A DNA stretch of 64,000 bases from Paragordius varius (GCA_964247055.1 OZ176055.1:7068001-7132000), one strand, 5' to 3'; counted from the stretch's first letter, positions 1-14,897 are shown. The notes: generated by a model from the letters alone, not told the origin. Translations and numbers: made by a program.

Positions 1-2295
1 TCACATTCACAAAAATTTATTTAAAAGATGCTTACCTCCAAATGCCAGTGGCCGAGAAGAATTGTTAACAATATCAACACATAAAGGTTTTTTTAGATAC
101 AAACGCATCTTCCAACGGGTGATGGAACAGGTACTGGCTGAAAGTCCGGGAACTTGCGTATATTTAGATTACGTCCTAGTGACTGGAAAATGAGCACATT
201 AACAATTAAAAAACGTATTAAATCGTCTCGATAAAGCCGGATTCAAATGAGGACAAGATAATATAATCATAGGTGGCAGAATCAGTTAACTATTTAGGGT
301 TTGAAATATCGAAAAAGGGTATAGGCCCATATAAAAACAAAATCAAGGCAATTAAGGAATTAAAAAGGCCGGTAGATAAAAAGTCATTACGTCGTTTTTT
401 AGGTTTTTGACGCTTCACGAACGTTTTATACCAAAATTATAAATTATAGTCCGTCCCTTACATGAAATAACTAGTAAGAATACGAGATGGTTTTGGACCG
501 AGAAACATGAGAAAAGCTTTGCAGCTAAGAATTTGTTAACCGAAAAAGTGTTTTCAACACCATATAATCCGGATAGGAAATTGATAATAGAAACTGGTGT
601 GTCAGATTTAGGATTTGGGTGTATTTTAAGTTATGAGAATACCGATAGCGTATGCCTCACAAACAACGCCTAAAGGAATTATTCCACTATCGAGAGGGAA
701 TTAAAAGCAATATTGTTGCGTTAAGAAAGTTTCATAGTTTCGTATATGGTAGAAAATTTATAATATTAACTGACCATTTACCCTTAGTAAAGTTAATGAA
801 TAGAGATCGAAATTTAATATAAATACATAATATTAAAAGATGGATTAATATAATAAATGAATACAACTTTGAAATTAGTCATCAAAAGGGGACAAAAATA
901 AAGCTGATTATTTGTCGAGATGCCGATTGACGAGATCGTTGCCTATGATGAAGATTATGCGGTTACCAGATATCTAAGGTTTTTGAAGTGTCATAGCGTG
1001 CGGTTAGGCAGAGATGAAATTTAAAAAGAAACCGCATCAGATCTAGTATTACAAAAAGTAATTAAAGCGTTAAACAACCATGACTGAAGTTCTCCAGAAT
1101 TAGAAAAGTTTGTAAACCGTAAAGACGAGTTGGCATATCAAATGATCGGATTATAATTCCGAAGCCCCTCAAAAGAGAGGTGGGAGATACCTACACAGCG
1201 GTCATAACAAAGTAGAAACCATGAAAGCGATGGCCAGATTTACGTGTTATTGGCCAGAATTAGAAATGACCTGATAAAAGCTGTAGTCAGTGTGAATCGT
1301 GAACGTAGTAGGCCGAACGTTACTCAGAATTCCACGTATTAGTGGGATCATAATGTTGCTGTGTGGGAGCGTTTGCATATTGATATAGCCGGACCGGTTG
1401 ACGGCTATTATTGGTTGTTGATAATTGTTAGTGCCTCGAAATGGGCAGAAGGGTTTATTTTAAAAAAGGTAACCGCAGCGAATAAAATCCATAAAGTAAA
1501 GTAGAAGAAACGTTTGTAAGGTTTGGCTTTGCAAGAGAGATCGTTAGCGATAACGCTTCATATTTTAACAAAGAGTACTTCACGTCAACCTTAAATACGT
1601 TAGGGGTGAAACATATTAAGGTTACCCCCTACCATCCTAAGAGTAATGGGATGGTAGAAAGGTTAGTAGGTACAATAAAAAATAAATACAAAAGAATAAA
1701 AAATAATGCGATATCCACCCACAAAGCGTTTAACACTAGCATATGGGCGTATAGAAACTCTATCCACTCGACAACTAAAGAGACCCCGGTCCAATTAATG
1801 TTCAAGCGTACACCCCATACCACCTTAACCTGGTTAAATAGTAGGGCAAGATTGTTAGAGGCAGTCCGACGTTAGTTTGCGATCAATGAACCAGTAAAGA
1901 TCAAAAATGAACTAATCCAGGATGGTACGCCGGGGAGATCACGGACCATACAGGGTTATTGTCATGCAAGGTGTGGGTCAAAGACCAGGAGAAACTCGTG
2001 AGAAAACACGCCGATCAAATAGTACACCAGCCACACAAATCACCACTTTCAGCAACACAAGTGATGAGGACGTAACCACGGTCAAGGATGGTTAGACAAT
2101 TGCCTAACCTCAACCAAACAGCACTATCAACCCAAGTGACAAAACCGAACCGATTACCCCGACAGCCGCCAGTCTAAATAATAATAATACCCAGGAACCT
2201 GCAACAATCACCTCCCCCATAAAAATACAGGAACGACTGTAACCGACAAGAAGTCGTCAGAAACCCGGCGCGCTTTCGTAAGAAGGGAGTAGTGA
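1..2295 (+). mobile_element. Degenerate Ty3/Gypsy (Mag-like) LTR retrotransposon: RT 3' part, RNase H and integrase relic, truncated by the window start
   Basis: Frameshifted or stopped remnants read LKDAYLQMPV (RT), RKLIIET (RNase H), WERLHIDIAGPVDGYYWLL and REIVSDNASYF...KHIKVTPYHPKSNGMVERLVGT (integrase; ORF 1606-1875). These are clearly homologous to the younger element at 28198-32738. A polypurine tract AGAAGGGAGTAGTGA lies at 2281-2295. Confidence 0.92.
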
Positions 2296-2508
2296 TGTTA
2301 TCGTGATAACTGATAGGCTAATTCGAATGAACCTTATATTAACTATTAGATTAACCGGACAAACAACATTCGTTATATATTAATAGATGAACCTCGTAAT
2401 TTATGTTTGTAGTATTAGATTAACCTCACCGTCACCTTTTACTATTATTATTATACTTTAAATAAATTGTAGAAACGTAAGCAATTCACCTTGATATATG
2501 TGAATACA
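2296..2508 (+). repeat. Putative 3' LTR of the degenerate Gypsy element
   Basis: Starts TGTTA directly after the PPT, the same AGTGA|TGTTA junction as in the young element. Contains AATAAA near 2461. The right end (..GAATACA, 2508) is a guess because the partner LTR is outside the window. Confidence 0.5.
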
Positions 2509-2529
2509 TTTTTACCTATTTTAGATATG

Positions 2530-2551
2530 TATATATATATATATATATATA
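2530..2551. repeat. (TA)n microsatellite
   Basis: About 11 TA units seen directly; similar tracts at 25209-25225 and 40562-40583. Confidence 0.9.
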
Positions 2552-3214
2552 GATGAATCATTATATACAAATGAACATATACAATTAATTAATCCTTTTT
2601 TACCGTATCTGACGTTACTTTGGTCCCATCTATTAAAGAGGAAAGAATAATTTATCAAAATTTTGAGGTTATAAAAATATAAAACATCATCAAATTATTT
2701 AGAAAAGTGTTATGATATTTTAAAGTGTTTTTAAACTGTATCCAGACTCAAATAAGTATGAAGTAGGCTTCAACAAAATTTTCTAAAAATTATTTTTTTA
2801 AAAAATATTTTTTGTGTTCAAATTTTAGCATATAATATAAACTTTTTCCCCTAAATCTCCGCCTTTTTGCCTTTATTTTAAGAGAACTTGCCCTCTTACG
2901 GGTCCAAAAATTTGAGATTTTTTGAGCCCACACTTTAAATTTTATAATTATTGTTTTGCTTTTATATGTAGTGTATGATATATTTTAGTGATCTATTTGG
3001 AATGAAGCATTTAACTTTCACCAAAAAGTTTTTAACATTATGTCAATTTCGCCACTCTCTGATATGGAGCAATTTCTAAAACTTGTGTATACAACACATT
3101 CATTTCAGTCCTTTTATTCAAATTGGGATCTTTGGGGACTCCATGTCTGTTAAAATTTCTTATTTCTAAAAATATAAATTGAAACAATTGTAAGGTTTGG
3201 ACTTATATAACATA

Positions 3215-3985
3215 ATTATTATTACATTACATGTTTTCACTCGTGAGAGCGATCATGTTATACAACCTGTCTCGCCATAGAACTCTATCTATGGCTTCTT
3301 CTGCATTAAGCTCGTATTCTGCTAGCTCTCTTTTTAATGTGTCTATCCATTTCGTGTTGTGCCGACCACGTCCTCGTTTTCCCTCAACTATATGACTATC
3401 TATTATATTTGCAATATAATTAGAATCTCTCCTTTCAATGTATCCGAACCAACGTAGCCTATTTTTTTGACATTCTTTCCACTATTGGTTTATCTGTGCT
3501 CCCACGAATAAATCTATTTAACTCCGTCTTTTCTTGTTACCCCACACTTCATTCTAAGCATTTTCATTTTTTGACGTTAAAATTCTTTCTTCGGATTTTT
3601 TGACGCCCCAGGTCTGTGAATTATACATCATTGTGAGTTGAACATCTAAAGAGTAAATCTTACCTTTCACTCTAACATCAATATTTTGATCACATAACAC
3701 GCTTAAAATTTTCTTTCAATTTACCCAACTGCTCTTTATTTTTAAATTAATATCATCGGTCAACGATCCATCTGAACTTAGCATTGCCCCCAAATATTGC
3801 ACCTTTCTTACCCTTCAGAACCTTCTATTTCATGTTTTGGACCCCCAAAAGTAATAAATTCAGTTTTTGCTTTGTTTACTTTCAGACCGTATTGATCCAG
3901 CATAACAACCCATCTGTTTACCGTCGCTTTAACTCAGCCAATGAATTAGATAAGATGATTATGTCAAATGCATACATTAAGTACC
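3215..3985 (-). mobile_element. 5'-truncated, degenerate RTE-clade non-LTR retrotransposon (RT C-terminal region)
   Basis: Minus-strand remnants across frames read YAFDIIILSNSLAEL (decayed YADD), LDQYGLKVNKAKTEF, DVRVKGKIY and RLRWFGYIERRDSNYIANIIDSHIVEGKRGRGRP, all typical RTE motifs. The element ends in a TAATG/TAA-like tail near 3215. Confidence 0.8.
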
Positions 3986-4970
3986 AACCTTAATGCACCG
4001 AAATATTAAAAAGATTCAATTTAAAAAAACTTAATATTACTTATTTTATGGATAAACCTCAAAGAAAAATTAAGTAACGTGACATATTATTTTAATCATA
4101 GCGCATCTCAACGAGTCTTAAAAATGGTTGTTTTTAGAGTTCGTACAAAAAATCTCACATAAAATTTATCCTGATAAAAATTTTGGATCCAAGCATTTTT
4201 GCTGAAACCAAATAAACTTTATTTGGCACATACTGGGCCATATTTGAATTATGCGAAATATATTTACAAAAAACGTCAATAAAACTTTCTTAATGTATGC
4301 AAAATTGACAAACGCGTTGTTTTAAATATTGTTTAAATTCCATTTTTGGCTATTTGGAAGCCATAATGATTGAAAATATATATTAACCAAATCATATAAC
4401 ATTTACGTAAAGTATACTTTGATTAAGAATCTGAAGTTTTTATTCGCCTGTATATATTCCACAAATACTCGTTTATTAAATTCCTTTGTCGCGTGGTCAT
4501 CTTTCTTTATTATTATTTTTCTGTCATTTTTAGACACTGTAGGTTATTTACATCATCCTTAGTTTTGAACGTTTTACATATTCATCATAAAAAATATTTT
4601 ATTAATATCTTTTGTTATATCTTGCTTGAGAAGATCACCATTGTTTTGCATTAATATCCGCTTAGATATCCGTCATTTCTTTTCCTTTTAACTAAAAATG
4701 TCATTCTATAAAGCATTTCCACTTATGACAATAATTGTAAAACGAAAATGAGTTCAAAGAGAAGTGTGATGGTATTATATAGTAGATGCAAATATTATAA
4801 TATATTTATTAATTAAGATTAACGCCTGGCCAAAAAACACAAAAATAAATACATCTCCAAATCAATATTTATGACCTATAACGAGAAAAAAAATTTCATA
4901 CTATAAAATAATATTTTATTAGTAGAATTCGGATCTTTTAATATACCATTTACATTAATTCGCCTTTATA

Positions 4971-5213
4971 CAATTCCAATTCACTTGAAAAATTCAATTC
5001 ACCCTAAAATAAATCAAGTGTTTTTAAGGTTAAAAATTACTTATATTTTTTAATATTTTCAAAAAGTGAAATTTTGTTTAAAATTATAATAATACTGAAA
5101 AAATAATAATCTATGCCATTAAGATATATTTCATATTAATGAGTTACATTAGCCCGAAACATATGTACTATTTTTAGGGTGAATATGAATTGTTCAAGGG
5201 TGAATTTGAATTG
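4971..5213. mobile_element. MITE with ~45-bp TIRs and TA target duplication (Tc1/mariner-type)
   Basis: TA|CAATTC..AATTCACCCTAAAA at the left end is the reverse complement of TTTTAGGGTGAATATGAATTGTTCAAGGGTGAATTTGAATTG|TA at the right end. Related copies lie at 34214-34442 and 49440-49733. Confidence 0.7.
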
Positions 5214-8200
5214 TAACTAAAAAGACAATAGTAAAGCATAACCTAAAGTATTTGCATTTTCTCCAAAAAAACCTGATGTTTTGCGTAGAGCTTTAAAATC
5301 CAAAAATATTTTTTTGACGATTTAGTAGGACAATTTGTTTATTGAAAATTAATGTCGCTGTTGCACCCGTGAGTAATTGTTTTTTTTTCTATAGTTTAGA
5401 GTGCATTGGGGTTCAGAAAAAAAATATTCCGCAGTGTGAGGAATTTTTGTTTATAACCACGAGAGAAATAATGATATGATTTAAAAAATTAATATTTTAA
5501 TCAATGAATTTAGAATAACTCTGGAATAAATTTTATATGAAAACATTTGGACTGTAAAACCGGATCCAAATAGGACGGTTTTAAATAGAAACCGGGTTAT
5601 ATGTTTTTACAGCATCAAAAATCTCCTAAATATTTGCAGTATGCAACTTATGCCTTAAAAAATTTTGAGATACCAATTATAATGAACCTCAAAACAATCA
5701 CCATGGAATAATAAGATTTTAACCAGATAATACGTATAATTTGAATTATTTTTTTTGATATTTTAAATATTTTAATTAAAATATAATATTCTTGCCCCTC
5801 CTTTCAAATAATAAATCATTCAATTAATTTTACAAGCGTCGCCCAAAACGTGACTTTCACAAAAAATTATAAATTTGGGGCTTTTTTTAATAACAATTTT
5901 TCTGTTGGTAAATTATTGATTTTTTTCAGCGTGTATTATTAAACAATCTACCCAAATTTTTATGGCTTAAAATCAGTGGAAGTCAATCTTATTTTTTGTG
6001 TACAGAAAATATTAATATTAAATTTTACCACTTTTTGTGGACAAGAATCTTGTTAACAACCCTTTTAAACTTATTGGTGTAAAGAGGGTTTGAGTTTCGA
6101 CCAGTCAAAAAATAATAACCATCGAACCGCTATGAATACAGTCATCATTAAACTACAATTGTAAAATATTTTATAGCTAAACCAAATTAAATACGGATTC
6201 AATTTGTTGTAAAATCGATTTACATATTTAATATTATATAAAATTTATATATGAGTACTTTATATTGTATTACAATATGCTTGAAAGTTTTTGACCGAGG
6301 CCAGGATTAATTCATCAATGCATTCAACAACCCTAGGCTCAGGGTAATATTTTGCGTTTTTTACGAATATATATATTTCTTATAGTAAATATAAAATTTG
6401 GGAATGTAAATCAAATATTTTTTGTTATCAATAGTGTGGCGGTATTAAACAATTGTAGAAAATATTTTTCCCAAGATTTAATTTAACTACAAGAAATTTT
6501 AAAATCTATAGGTTTTTTAAAAATCTTATATTATATTTTTTAATTTTCGTTTAAAAAGATATGATTTTGGCTTAGATTTTCCGGTACAAGAAAACCTCAA
6601 GAATAAAATAATTAATGATAAAAAAGTATTTTCGGTGTTAAATTTGATTTATAAAAAAATTCGCGATAATCTTTGCCAAATTTCAGAAACGTAATAACTA
6701 TATTTATTCATTTTTTTATAAAACCAGACATGTGCAAACATATTATATTTTTATACTTTTAACCATTTTTCAGACAAGCAAGCAAAGCAAGAAAAATGGG
6801 AAAAAAGATAATCCCCTAAAGCTTTTTGGTAATTTTTGTTTTTTAATAGAAATGTAAAAATTGTTTTTGGTGGTGAGGCGTTTTTGCATCTTTTTTGTTT
6901 TATTATAATTTTGGCGTCATCGGCTAGCAATATATTAGTCTGGGTTTGGAAAATTGTTTTATAACTATATTTTACAAAAAACATAATGCATTTGCATAAA
7001 AAACATAAAAGAAGTATTAAATTAAAAATGCAAAAATAGTAGATGATAAACCATTTTATCCGTAATATTAAGATAAATTATGAGAAGAAACATTCAATAT
7101 ATATACATTTAATCTGTCCATCTTTGTTTTCATACCATTTCTTTGACATCAAACGCAAGTTGAAAAAGATATTTATAATAATTTTGAGATATGCCTCTAT
7201 AATTTGGTTTTTATTAGATAAGTTTTTTTTCGATGTATAAAAAGAGCTGTAGATTTGCTTTAAAGATAAATATATTTTTTGAATATATTTGAAGTTTAAG
7301 ACTAATATAAACATATTTCGGCATTTGACGCATAATAAATCGTAATATCACTTTGATCTGATATTAAACAAGTAGTTTGCTATTAATAAATATGAATTGA
7401 AAATCAGTTGGTATAAAATATAACCTTTAAAGGTTATATTTTCATTCTGTTAGTTACTCATGTAAGTTCATAATTCATTTTTCAGAATATGTAGAAAACA
7501 TTTCATAAAAAGGGCAGGTCTCTTTAATGGAGCTTGGTTGGCATTTTCTTTGATCTTTATTATAAATTCGTACGTATTTTGCACAAAAAAGCTAAATGTA
7601 AAAAAATAATGTATACACATTTTTCATCTATAATTTTCGTTTTGTATGTTTTGATGAACTTTTATAATGTATATTATACGTTTATTCTTGTCTGTTTTTC
7701 CTTAACCAAAAAACATCTATCTACCAACCAACAAAACCATTGGATGGCTCGCTTTGCAAACAACAAGAAGAATAATTTTGAGATAAATTATCATTATTTT
7801 TTCCATTTTTAATAGTAGTTTTTGGCAATTTTTTTTCATTAAATGGGATGTGTCTTGCCCATTTTTTGCGTTTTATGAAAGATATTAGTATCTACGCACG
7901 CCTACATAAACGATGACATTTTCTACAACGCAATAAAGCAAACACACTTTATTATGGCCAATATTTTGATTATTATCAACAAAATTAATTAAAATGCCAA
8001 TTTCCTTTGCAAATTACAAAAACAATATGGGGGATATTCCATATCATAACAGTTATGATTCAAAAGCCAATTTAAATTTTATTGATGGAATATGAATTAC
8101 AAGTACATTGAATTATTTTTATAAAATAATATCTAAGAAATACTTAGATTATAAAATTTAACATGAAACCTTAGAAATTAATATTTAATCTTATTGAACT

Positions 8201-8399
8201 TTTAACATTAAACGCCTTATATGGGTCATAACTGGATAGATATATTATTACCGTTTCGAAGATTTATGCAGCAATTCTCTCAATATTATTTTTATATTTA
8301 ATTATTGCCCATTCATGTTTTTAACAGAAAATGAGCATAGGTTTATTATATAAATGACAGTAAAAGTGTTTATAATGTACCGATGTCATAGTTTGTTAA

Positions 8400-8863
8400 C
8401 ACTTCATTCATTTCCCTTTCACTTTTTGTCCTAGTTTACCTTTTGGGTTAGTTTTATGTCCCTAAGCTAAACTTTGTAGATAAACTTCAGTTTTGAAAGT
8501 TATTTTAGTTATAATTTAATTACAAACATTATTACAGTTTTGTGACTTCAAGCTCTAAAACGCGATAGAAACGAACAGCGATATTAAAATCAAAATGTAT
8601 CCTGTGAGCTTCTTAAAGTTAATCATTTACATTTTATAACCATAATATCCATTCATTTGCCTGTTGTATTAACGATTTAAAAAAATATAAAAACAAATGG
8701 CGGCAAATTAAGACGACAATTTTTAATTTTGCATTTTTTAGAATATTTTTATAATGCACCTAATAGGCTAATAAAATAAGCATATTAAATTCGGCTCAAT
8801 AGCTTAATTTTTTTTAGATATCCCACTCTGGGCTATAAAACTACCCCAAAAGGTAATGTAGTG
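8400..8863. mobile_element. piggyBac-like MITE (older copy)
   Basis: TTAA|CACTT...GTAGTG|TTAA ends. The subterminal AAAACTACCCCAAAAGG motif and internal AAATGGCGGC resemble the copies at 43842-45151. Confidence 0.55.
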
Positions 8864-11215
8864 TTAAATATGAAATAGCTCATAAACTTTACCTATTTAT
8901 GCCTTTTTTAATGGGTGAAAAATAGTAATTTACAGTAATTTGTGTTATCTTAGTCTTTAATAGAATTGGTTTCATGGACCGCATTTGTAATTTAACTCTT
9001 TATCTTATTCAGTTTAACACTACGATTCATAAATTATAAAATTTTTCTAGATCATACTAAAATTCTATTTTGGAATCCAAAACATTTTATTTTAACTTAA
9101 GAAATCTTTTGCAGACCAAATGATAATCACCGAGGGTCGCGGGTAAAACACCCCTGTTTTAGACAACTATGTGATATATTATGCATAAATTTTTCCCTTC
9201 CCCTTTTCAAAGAGTCTCAAATGATATATATAAGCAGCAAAAACATCACATATAAATAAAAAAATATATTTTAAATGTTTTACTCAAAAGAATGACTGAT
9301 TTGCTTTTCCATCAAAAAATATCAAGTTATGTTTTGAGAATTTTAATGTTCTGGAAGAAGGATTTTAGCTAAGTTAAAATTTAAACTTGTTTGAATTTGT
9401 TAAATTTTTTCTTGATATGATTGAGTTGTAAATCAATTTAATTTATTAAACGTTATTGAAAAAAACGAATGATTGATCAGATGGAGGATATATTAGAATT
9501 TCCAAGTAAAAATGACATTTTTTAATTGGATATATAGAAATAATATTTATAAGTGGCCAACATAACTTTTTCAAGTGAAATCATATTAAATTAATAACAT
9601 TTATACATTTGCAAAAACTATTTATATTATTTTGTTAACTGAATTAATAAAATTATTTAAAAAAATTTATTAAATATATGTGTTATGGTAATTGCAAATT
9701 TTGATTATTCATATAGAATATGTATCAAAAAATTATTTATCGTATTTTATAAAAAATTTGTAGCTAAAATATATTTTGATTTGTACCTGAGTATTTATTG
9801 AATATAAGAGTCAAACTTTAAATTAAAGATTACAACAGTTTTGACGAGGTCTTTCAAAATTTTCATACCTTCCTCCAAAAACATTTTAGCAATTTCTCAC
9901 AAAAATAGGCATAATCTGATGTAGTTGGCGCATTATAATTGTCTTTAGGCGCAAAAAACTAAAGATTTTTTGTAGTGCTCTATTTATACTATAGTGCACA
10001 AAATCGCGATAGATATTAATAATTTTTATGGTTTTTGGTTTTGTAGATAGTGCATCTTATTGATCGAAATCAAAAAATGGGAATTAGAGCTCATTGTTTT
10101 AATTTTTTAATAAAAATTTAATGCTTCAACCAATATATAATTATGTGTTAAAATAAAATGGAAACAATGTAATTAAATTTTTCATATTACCTCCAGAGTT
10201 TCAATGTTTGAAAAGCCTAAAAATAGATATGTACTTATTAGAAAATGGCATAAACTAAATCAAAGCTTTAGGTAAAAGCGTATCTATAACATTTTTAAAA
10301 TCTTTTATCATTCTTAAAACAGTTAGTTCGCATAATTCAATGTCGTCAAAATTTGTATCGCCTAAATTCTAGCTAATTTAACCTTATGCAAACGAATTTT
10401 TATATAAGATATTTTAAACTATATCTTCCACGGCATTAAATGTAAAATCATGTTTTTGTACATATAAAACCGCGTTAACAAAACTCTGAAAAACAAAGTG
10501 CACGTTTATTTTTTAATCATAACATATATATATTTTGTGACTATTTTAGATATGCCTTTTTAAGCAAAATAGAAACGTAAAAATTTAGCCCTCTAACACC
10601 CTAAACAAAAAAATAGCCAAAATTTTAATATAATTTACCAAAATATGCGCTATGTTATAAATTCCGATTTGGAATAGTAGTTAAAATAAGTTTATATAAT
10701 TTTCACAAATGCATAACAATAGCATCATGGTATGTTACAATATGATATGCATTATAACATACATATTCGAGGTAAATTTTTTATAATCCAATTTACACAG
10801 TCTACATTTATATTTGCTTTTGAGTTTTCTTGACGAACAACACATTTTATTCATTTCGGTTATGTTAAAATGTTATTGTTGTTGAGAATTATGTGCTCCG
10901 CAATTGTATTGCAAAAGTTTAGTATACACTATTCAGCTTTATGTTATTATTTTAAATCTGGATCGAATTGGATACTGTTCAGATAATTCGATTAATAAAA
11001 AAATTTACACTATCGAGCTACTCACATTCCCTTTATTAAACGCCCAACAGGCCTGATAGTCTACATTATATTGATCTACAGAAACTTGTTGATTCACCTC
11101 TAAACCAATAATATAATCAATTGTATCCTTTGTTTTTAGCAACTAACAAGTCTTTTACAGTTTCGTATGGGCTTAAAAAAACAAGGTTCAACATTTATTG
11201 CCATTTCATCTAAAC

Positions 11216-11510
11216 CAGGGGTGTCCAACACAAATGCCTTCATGGCCCGCAATTTGAACTCAAAGAAAAACTGGCGGGCCGCATTTGAGATATATATGCG
11301 GGCCATCAATATTTTATCAGATCTCAAATATAAGACTGTAAAATACAAACAGAAAACAATGTTTTCTTGTTCGTTGTCACTAGGAAAATTCCAAAAAATA
11401 TGCGAAAAATTAATTTTACTAAGATTCGCATAATTTTGCAAATTTTTAATTTCTAATATTTTTGCGGGTCACACATAATGTCTCGGAGGGCGGCGCTTTG
11501 GACACCCCTG
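11216..11510. mobile_element. hAT (Buster/Charlie-type) MITE
   Basis: Perfect 13-bp TIRs CAGGGGTGTCCAA / TTGGACACCCCTG, subterminal GCGGGCC motifs, and an 8-bp TSD ATCTAAAC/ATCTATAC (7/8 match, nnnTAnnn pattern typical of Buster elements). Confidence 0.85.
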
Positions 11511-13418
11511 ATCTATACATTAAGGATATATAGCGATTTATTGTAACAGAGATGTCGCAAATAATTTTATTTTCCATGCGAATTTTTTTTCATGCAATTC
11601 AACTGTAAATTATTTTAAATATTAATACCCAACATTTTTATAATCTCTACACTTTAATTGCACTCTTGAAAACTTTAATTTCCTCCCTTGTGACCTCACT
11701 CACACTACATTTTAAATTTATTTCTAATTCTTTTATTTTACCTTTGAACATTTTAATATCAAACTACAAGCCAAATTCACCAAGAAAATATATTATGTGT
11801 TGGGTTAAATCTCATAAATGCTTGGATAATTGAAAAAAAAACAATTTTTTAAAGAGTAAAAAATTATAATACATAAAAAGTAATCTTAATTAAATGGTAA
11901 TTTTTTATTATTATTTTAGTATAAAGGTGAATTTGAAATGATCAAGGTTTTGTTATGAATTTGAGCGTCTTAATTTATTTGAGTGTAAATTAATGTTTAT
12001 GTATTAATATAAAGTTTAAATAAATGGCACCACCATTTTCCCAAAACTTTTGCAATATGTTATAAAAAGATAAAAATAATTTATATTTAGCGTAATTTAC
12101 ACTAAACTTTTTTACTATTTAGATATACGATTGAACTTGGCTCTGAGTGAACAATGGGCTGACTGTATGTTCTGTATTATCCTCTTTGTTTATATAAAAT
12201 GACACATGAAGTGCGCCATGGTGCCATTTTTAATTGGCATATATAACAGCAAAAATATTACTGTAACATATCTAGAATGGGTTCATTTGCGCAAACTTAT
12301 AAATTGTGTACTTCGCGTCAAAATCGAATTTTGTACTTTAATTGATATGTTAAAAAGCAAAATTTTTTATCTACTGTTATCTCAATCTAACACAATAAAG
12401 TTCATATTATAAAAATTAAATTAATATATATTTAATTTCAAACTAAAAAAGCCAACATGTTAATTTTTTTTTAAATATATATAATTTATTTTGTGTAAAT
12501 GTATGTGTGAGATGTTAAAAACTGTCAATTTGTAAAAAATGACCTCTTTCAAACACAATCTCCTTGTCATAAAATGTTTTTTATTACATCATAACAGGCA
12601 TTAAACGCTCCTTTGAGCATATTAACTAGGAGAAGAAAATATCCCAAAAGAACTCAAAGAAAAAATATTGTGTTTTGTGTGAACTGTATTTTTCATACAT
12701 GTGACATAAATTAAATGTTCAATGTCTCAATTTTTACATTATATTGTTTTTTTATATTAATGGTTTGAGGAAGAACAAAAATTATCCATTAATTTTTCCA
12801 AAAAGATATCATAATTAAGAGGAAAATTTTATGGTGAAACGTTGGAATTATTTTAATGCTATAAATGTTTTATAGTATTTTCGTTCTATCCATAAAAAAT
12901 ATTTCTCCATAAAAACTAGGCACACTCATCTTCTTTCATATGACATTAATTGACAAACGTGATAAGTTAAAGATATAGATTCCCTCATAATACATGATAA
13001 TATAATTATTAAAACGTAAAACAAAACAGATAAACCAAGAAAAAAATGCCCTTTTGTACATATTAATATTCAACAAGGGATACTATTTGGCCAAATCAAA
13101 TTACCATTAGTGAAAACATTTAATAATTAAAGTATTTGTGCACGAGAGGCATGGTTAAATCAGACTCAGTAATAAAAATTTTATCCAAAAAATATTGGAT
13201 AAATTTTTTTATTTATGCCATTAATTGCCACTTGAAAAAATACCATTTAAACTGTTCTCACAACATATATCATGCTTCCAAAATTCATTCAAATCCACTT
13301 TTCATATACACCGAAAACATCATCTCTACCTCACATCTTCTATTCGTATTTAACAGTAAAGTTAAAATTAAAACGATTTTGAAAGATATATTACAACAAA
13401 ACTCTCTGTTTTTGAAAA

Positions 13419-14897
13419 ATGGCGTCCCATTTGCAAATTTTAAACCGTCATCAAATATTGCCTCAATATTATGTTACGCCACAAGTTATAACATACTTCT
13501 ATCAATTGTCCCCACATCATATGATAAGTAATGAAAGAAATATTAAATGTTTACACAAACGGCAAACATTTCAAACAGACCCAACCACATATATCAAACG
13601 AAATCACCTAGATGGGAAAACATATTGGATGCAAAATAATGAAACGGTTAAAGAGCCTGGAAACGAATTTTATGCGCGAGAACTGAGTTTGATTTCTACC
13701 CACAAAGCACAGCTACTTAAATCCAATAATTTTTCTAATCAAACTTTTCCATGGCTTTGTACATCACCTACCTACTCCTATTACTGTTATATGACAAATT
13801 TTATGGATCATAATAAAAATAGTAATTATTACCATATTAATTTTAATAATAATACTTTATGTAATCAATTAAATCATGATCGAGGCTTAAATTTTTTAAA
13901 TGGACAAAACAATGCGCATGTGTTTTCGGGGTACGATCCTAAAAGTTTAGATGGAAGGATAATTAATTCTTCCTCACAAATTGCCAGAACTGACTCGTTA
14001 AATAATTCACCACCAATAAATTCTTATAGTTCGTCTGCGAGTTATAAGGCCAAGAATAATTTTAATTTTAACGGCATAGGAAAGACAAATCGATTCGAGG
14101 ATTTCAACAATTATTACAACGTTGACCGAATTTCAATCAATGATACTTGTGATAATACAAGCCGTGAATATGATTGCTTATCTAATTATGCCAATATTGC
14201 CTCTTCAAAAGTTTCTTGGGATGATAGCGATGCTTCTCTCAGTCCCAACCAGCAAAGTACTGTTAATGAATATGGTAGTAATAATTATATGTCAGATTCT
14301 GTGTCCAACGTAAATACGACAAAAGGTCAAGAAAAAAATGAACAATGTTATAATAATACAACAGCAAATAACACCAGCTCTAGAAAACGAACCGCTTTTA
14401 ATACTGAACAGCTTGCTATTTTAGAGCATGAATTTAAAACGAAGAAATATCTTTCGCTCAATGAACGTTCCGAAATGGCTTTAAACCTTAATCTGAGCGA
14501 AGCTCAAATTAAAATATGGTTTCAAAATCGCCGGGCCAAATGGAAACGTATGAAAGCAACTGGGAAAGATTCAATCCTTCCTTCCCTAGGTAACACGAGT
14601 AGCGTTTACAAAAACAATCCTTTAAGGCCGGATGTTGAAAACTTACCTTCACCTGATTACGTAGGGGATTTTGATTCCAATTTACATAGAGATAATGCAA
14701 AAGCGAGTGTTTTACTAAAAAACTTTTGGTGCAATCGAAAAATGGCTTCGGGGACTACCTTATCAAATAATGCTGGTAAAACCACTGGGCCATCAAAGCT
14801 GATTGTACCCATTCCTATACATGTCTCACGTTTAGCGTTTCGAAATCAACATCAAAGCCGTAACAATAATACCAACAAGAATAATATTTCTTCATAG
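13419..14897 (+). CDS. Gbx: Gbx/unplugged homeobox transcription factor (ANTP class)
   Basis: 492-aa ORF with homeodomain [59 protein letters not shown]. The KKYLSL and RRAKWKR signatures and the Gbx-specific C-terminal motif [20 protein letters not shown] are present. The true start codon is uncertain. Confidence 0.93.
   Translation: MASHLQILNRHQILPQYYVTPQVITYFYQLSPHHMISNERNIKCLHKRQTFQTDPTTYIKRNHLDGKTYWMQNNETVKEPGNEFYARELSLISTHKAQLLKSNNFSNQTFPWLCTSPTYSYYCYMTNFMDHNKNSNYYHINFNNNTLCNQLNHDRGLNFLNGQNNAHVFSGYDPKSLDGRIINSSSQIARTDSLNNSPPINSYSSSASYKAKNNFNFNGIGKTNRFEDFNNYYNVDRISINDTCDNTSREYDCLSNYANIASSKVSWDDSDASLSPNQQSTVNEYGSNNYMSDSVSNVNTTKGQEKNEQCYNNTTANNTSSRKRTAFNTEQLAILEHEFKTKKYLSLNERSEMALNLNLSEAQIKIWFQNRRAKWKRMKATGKDSILPSLGNTSSVYKNNPLRPDVENLPSPDYVGDFDSNLHRDNAKASVLLKNFWCNRKMASGTTLSNNAGKTTGPSKLIVPIPIHVSRLAFRNQHQSRNNNTNKNNISS

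Noticed and set aside
6700-7750. Hint of another degenerate palindrome
   Set aside because: Arm matches were too weak to distinguish from AT-rich background by eye.
11136-11441. ORFs on both strands at 11.1-11.4 kb and similar ones at 18.4-18.7 and 20.9-21.1 kb
   Set aside because: They fall inside non-coding hAT MITEs, whose higher GC lengthens chance ORFs.
12130-12720. Sox, TCF and TAAT-like motifs upstream of Gbx as an enhancer
   Set aside because: Short AT-rich motifs are expected by chance and cannot be supported without conservation data.
13136-13531. 131-aa ORF overlapping the Gbx start
   Set aside because: It has AT-rich background composition, no motif, and overlaps a well-supported gene in another frame.
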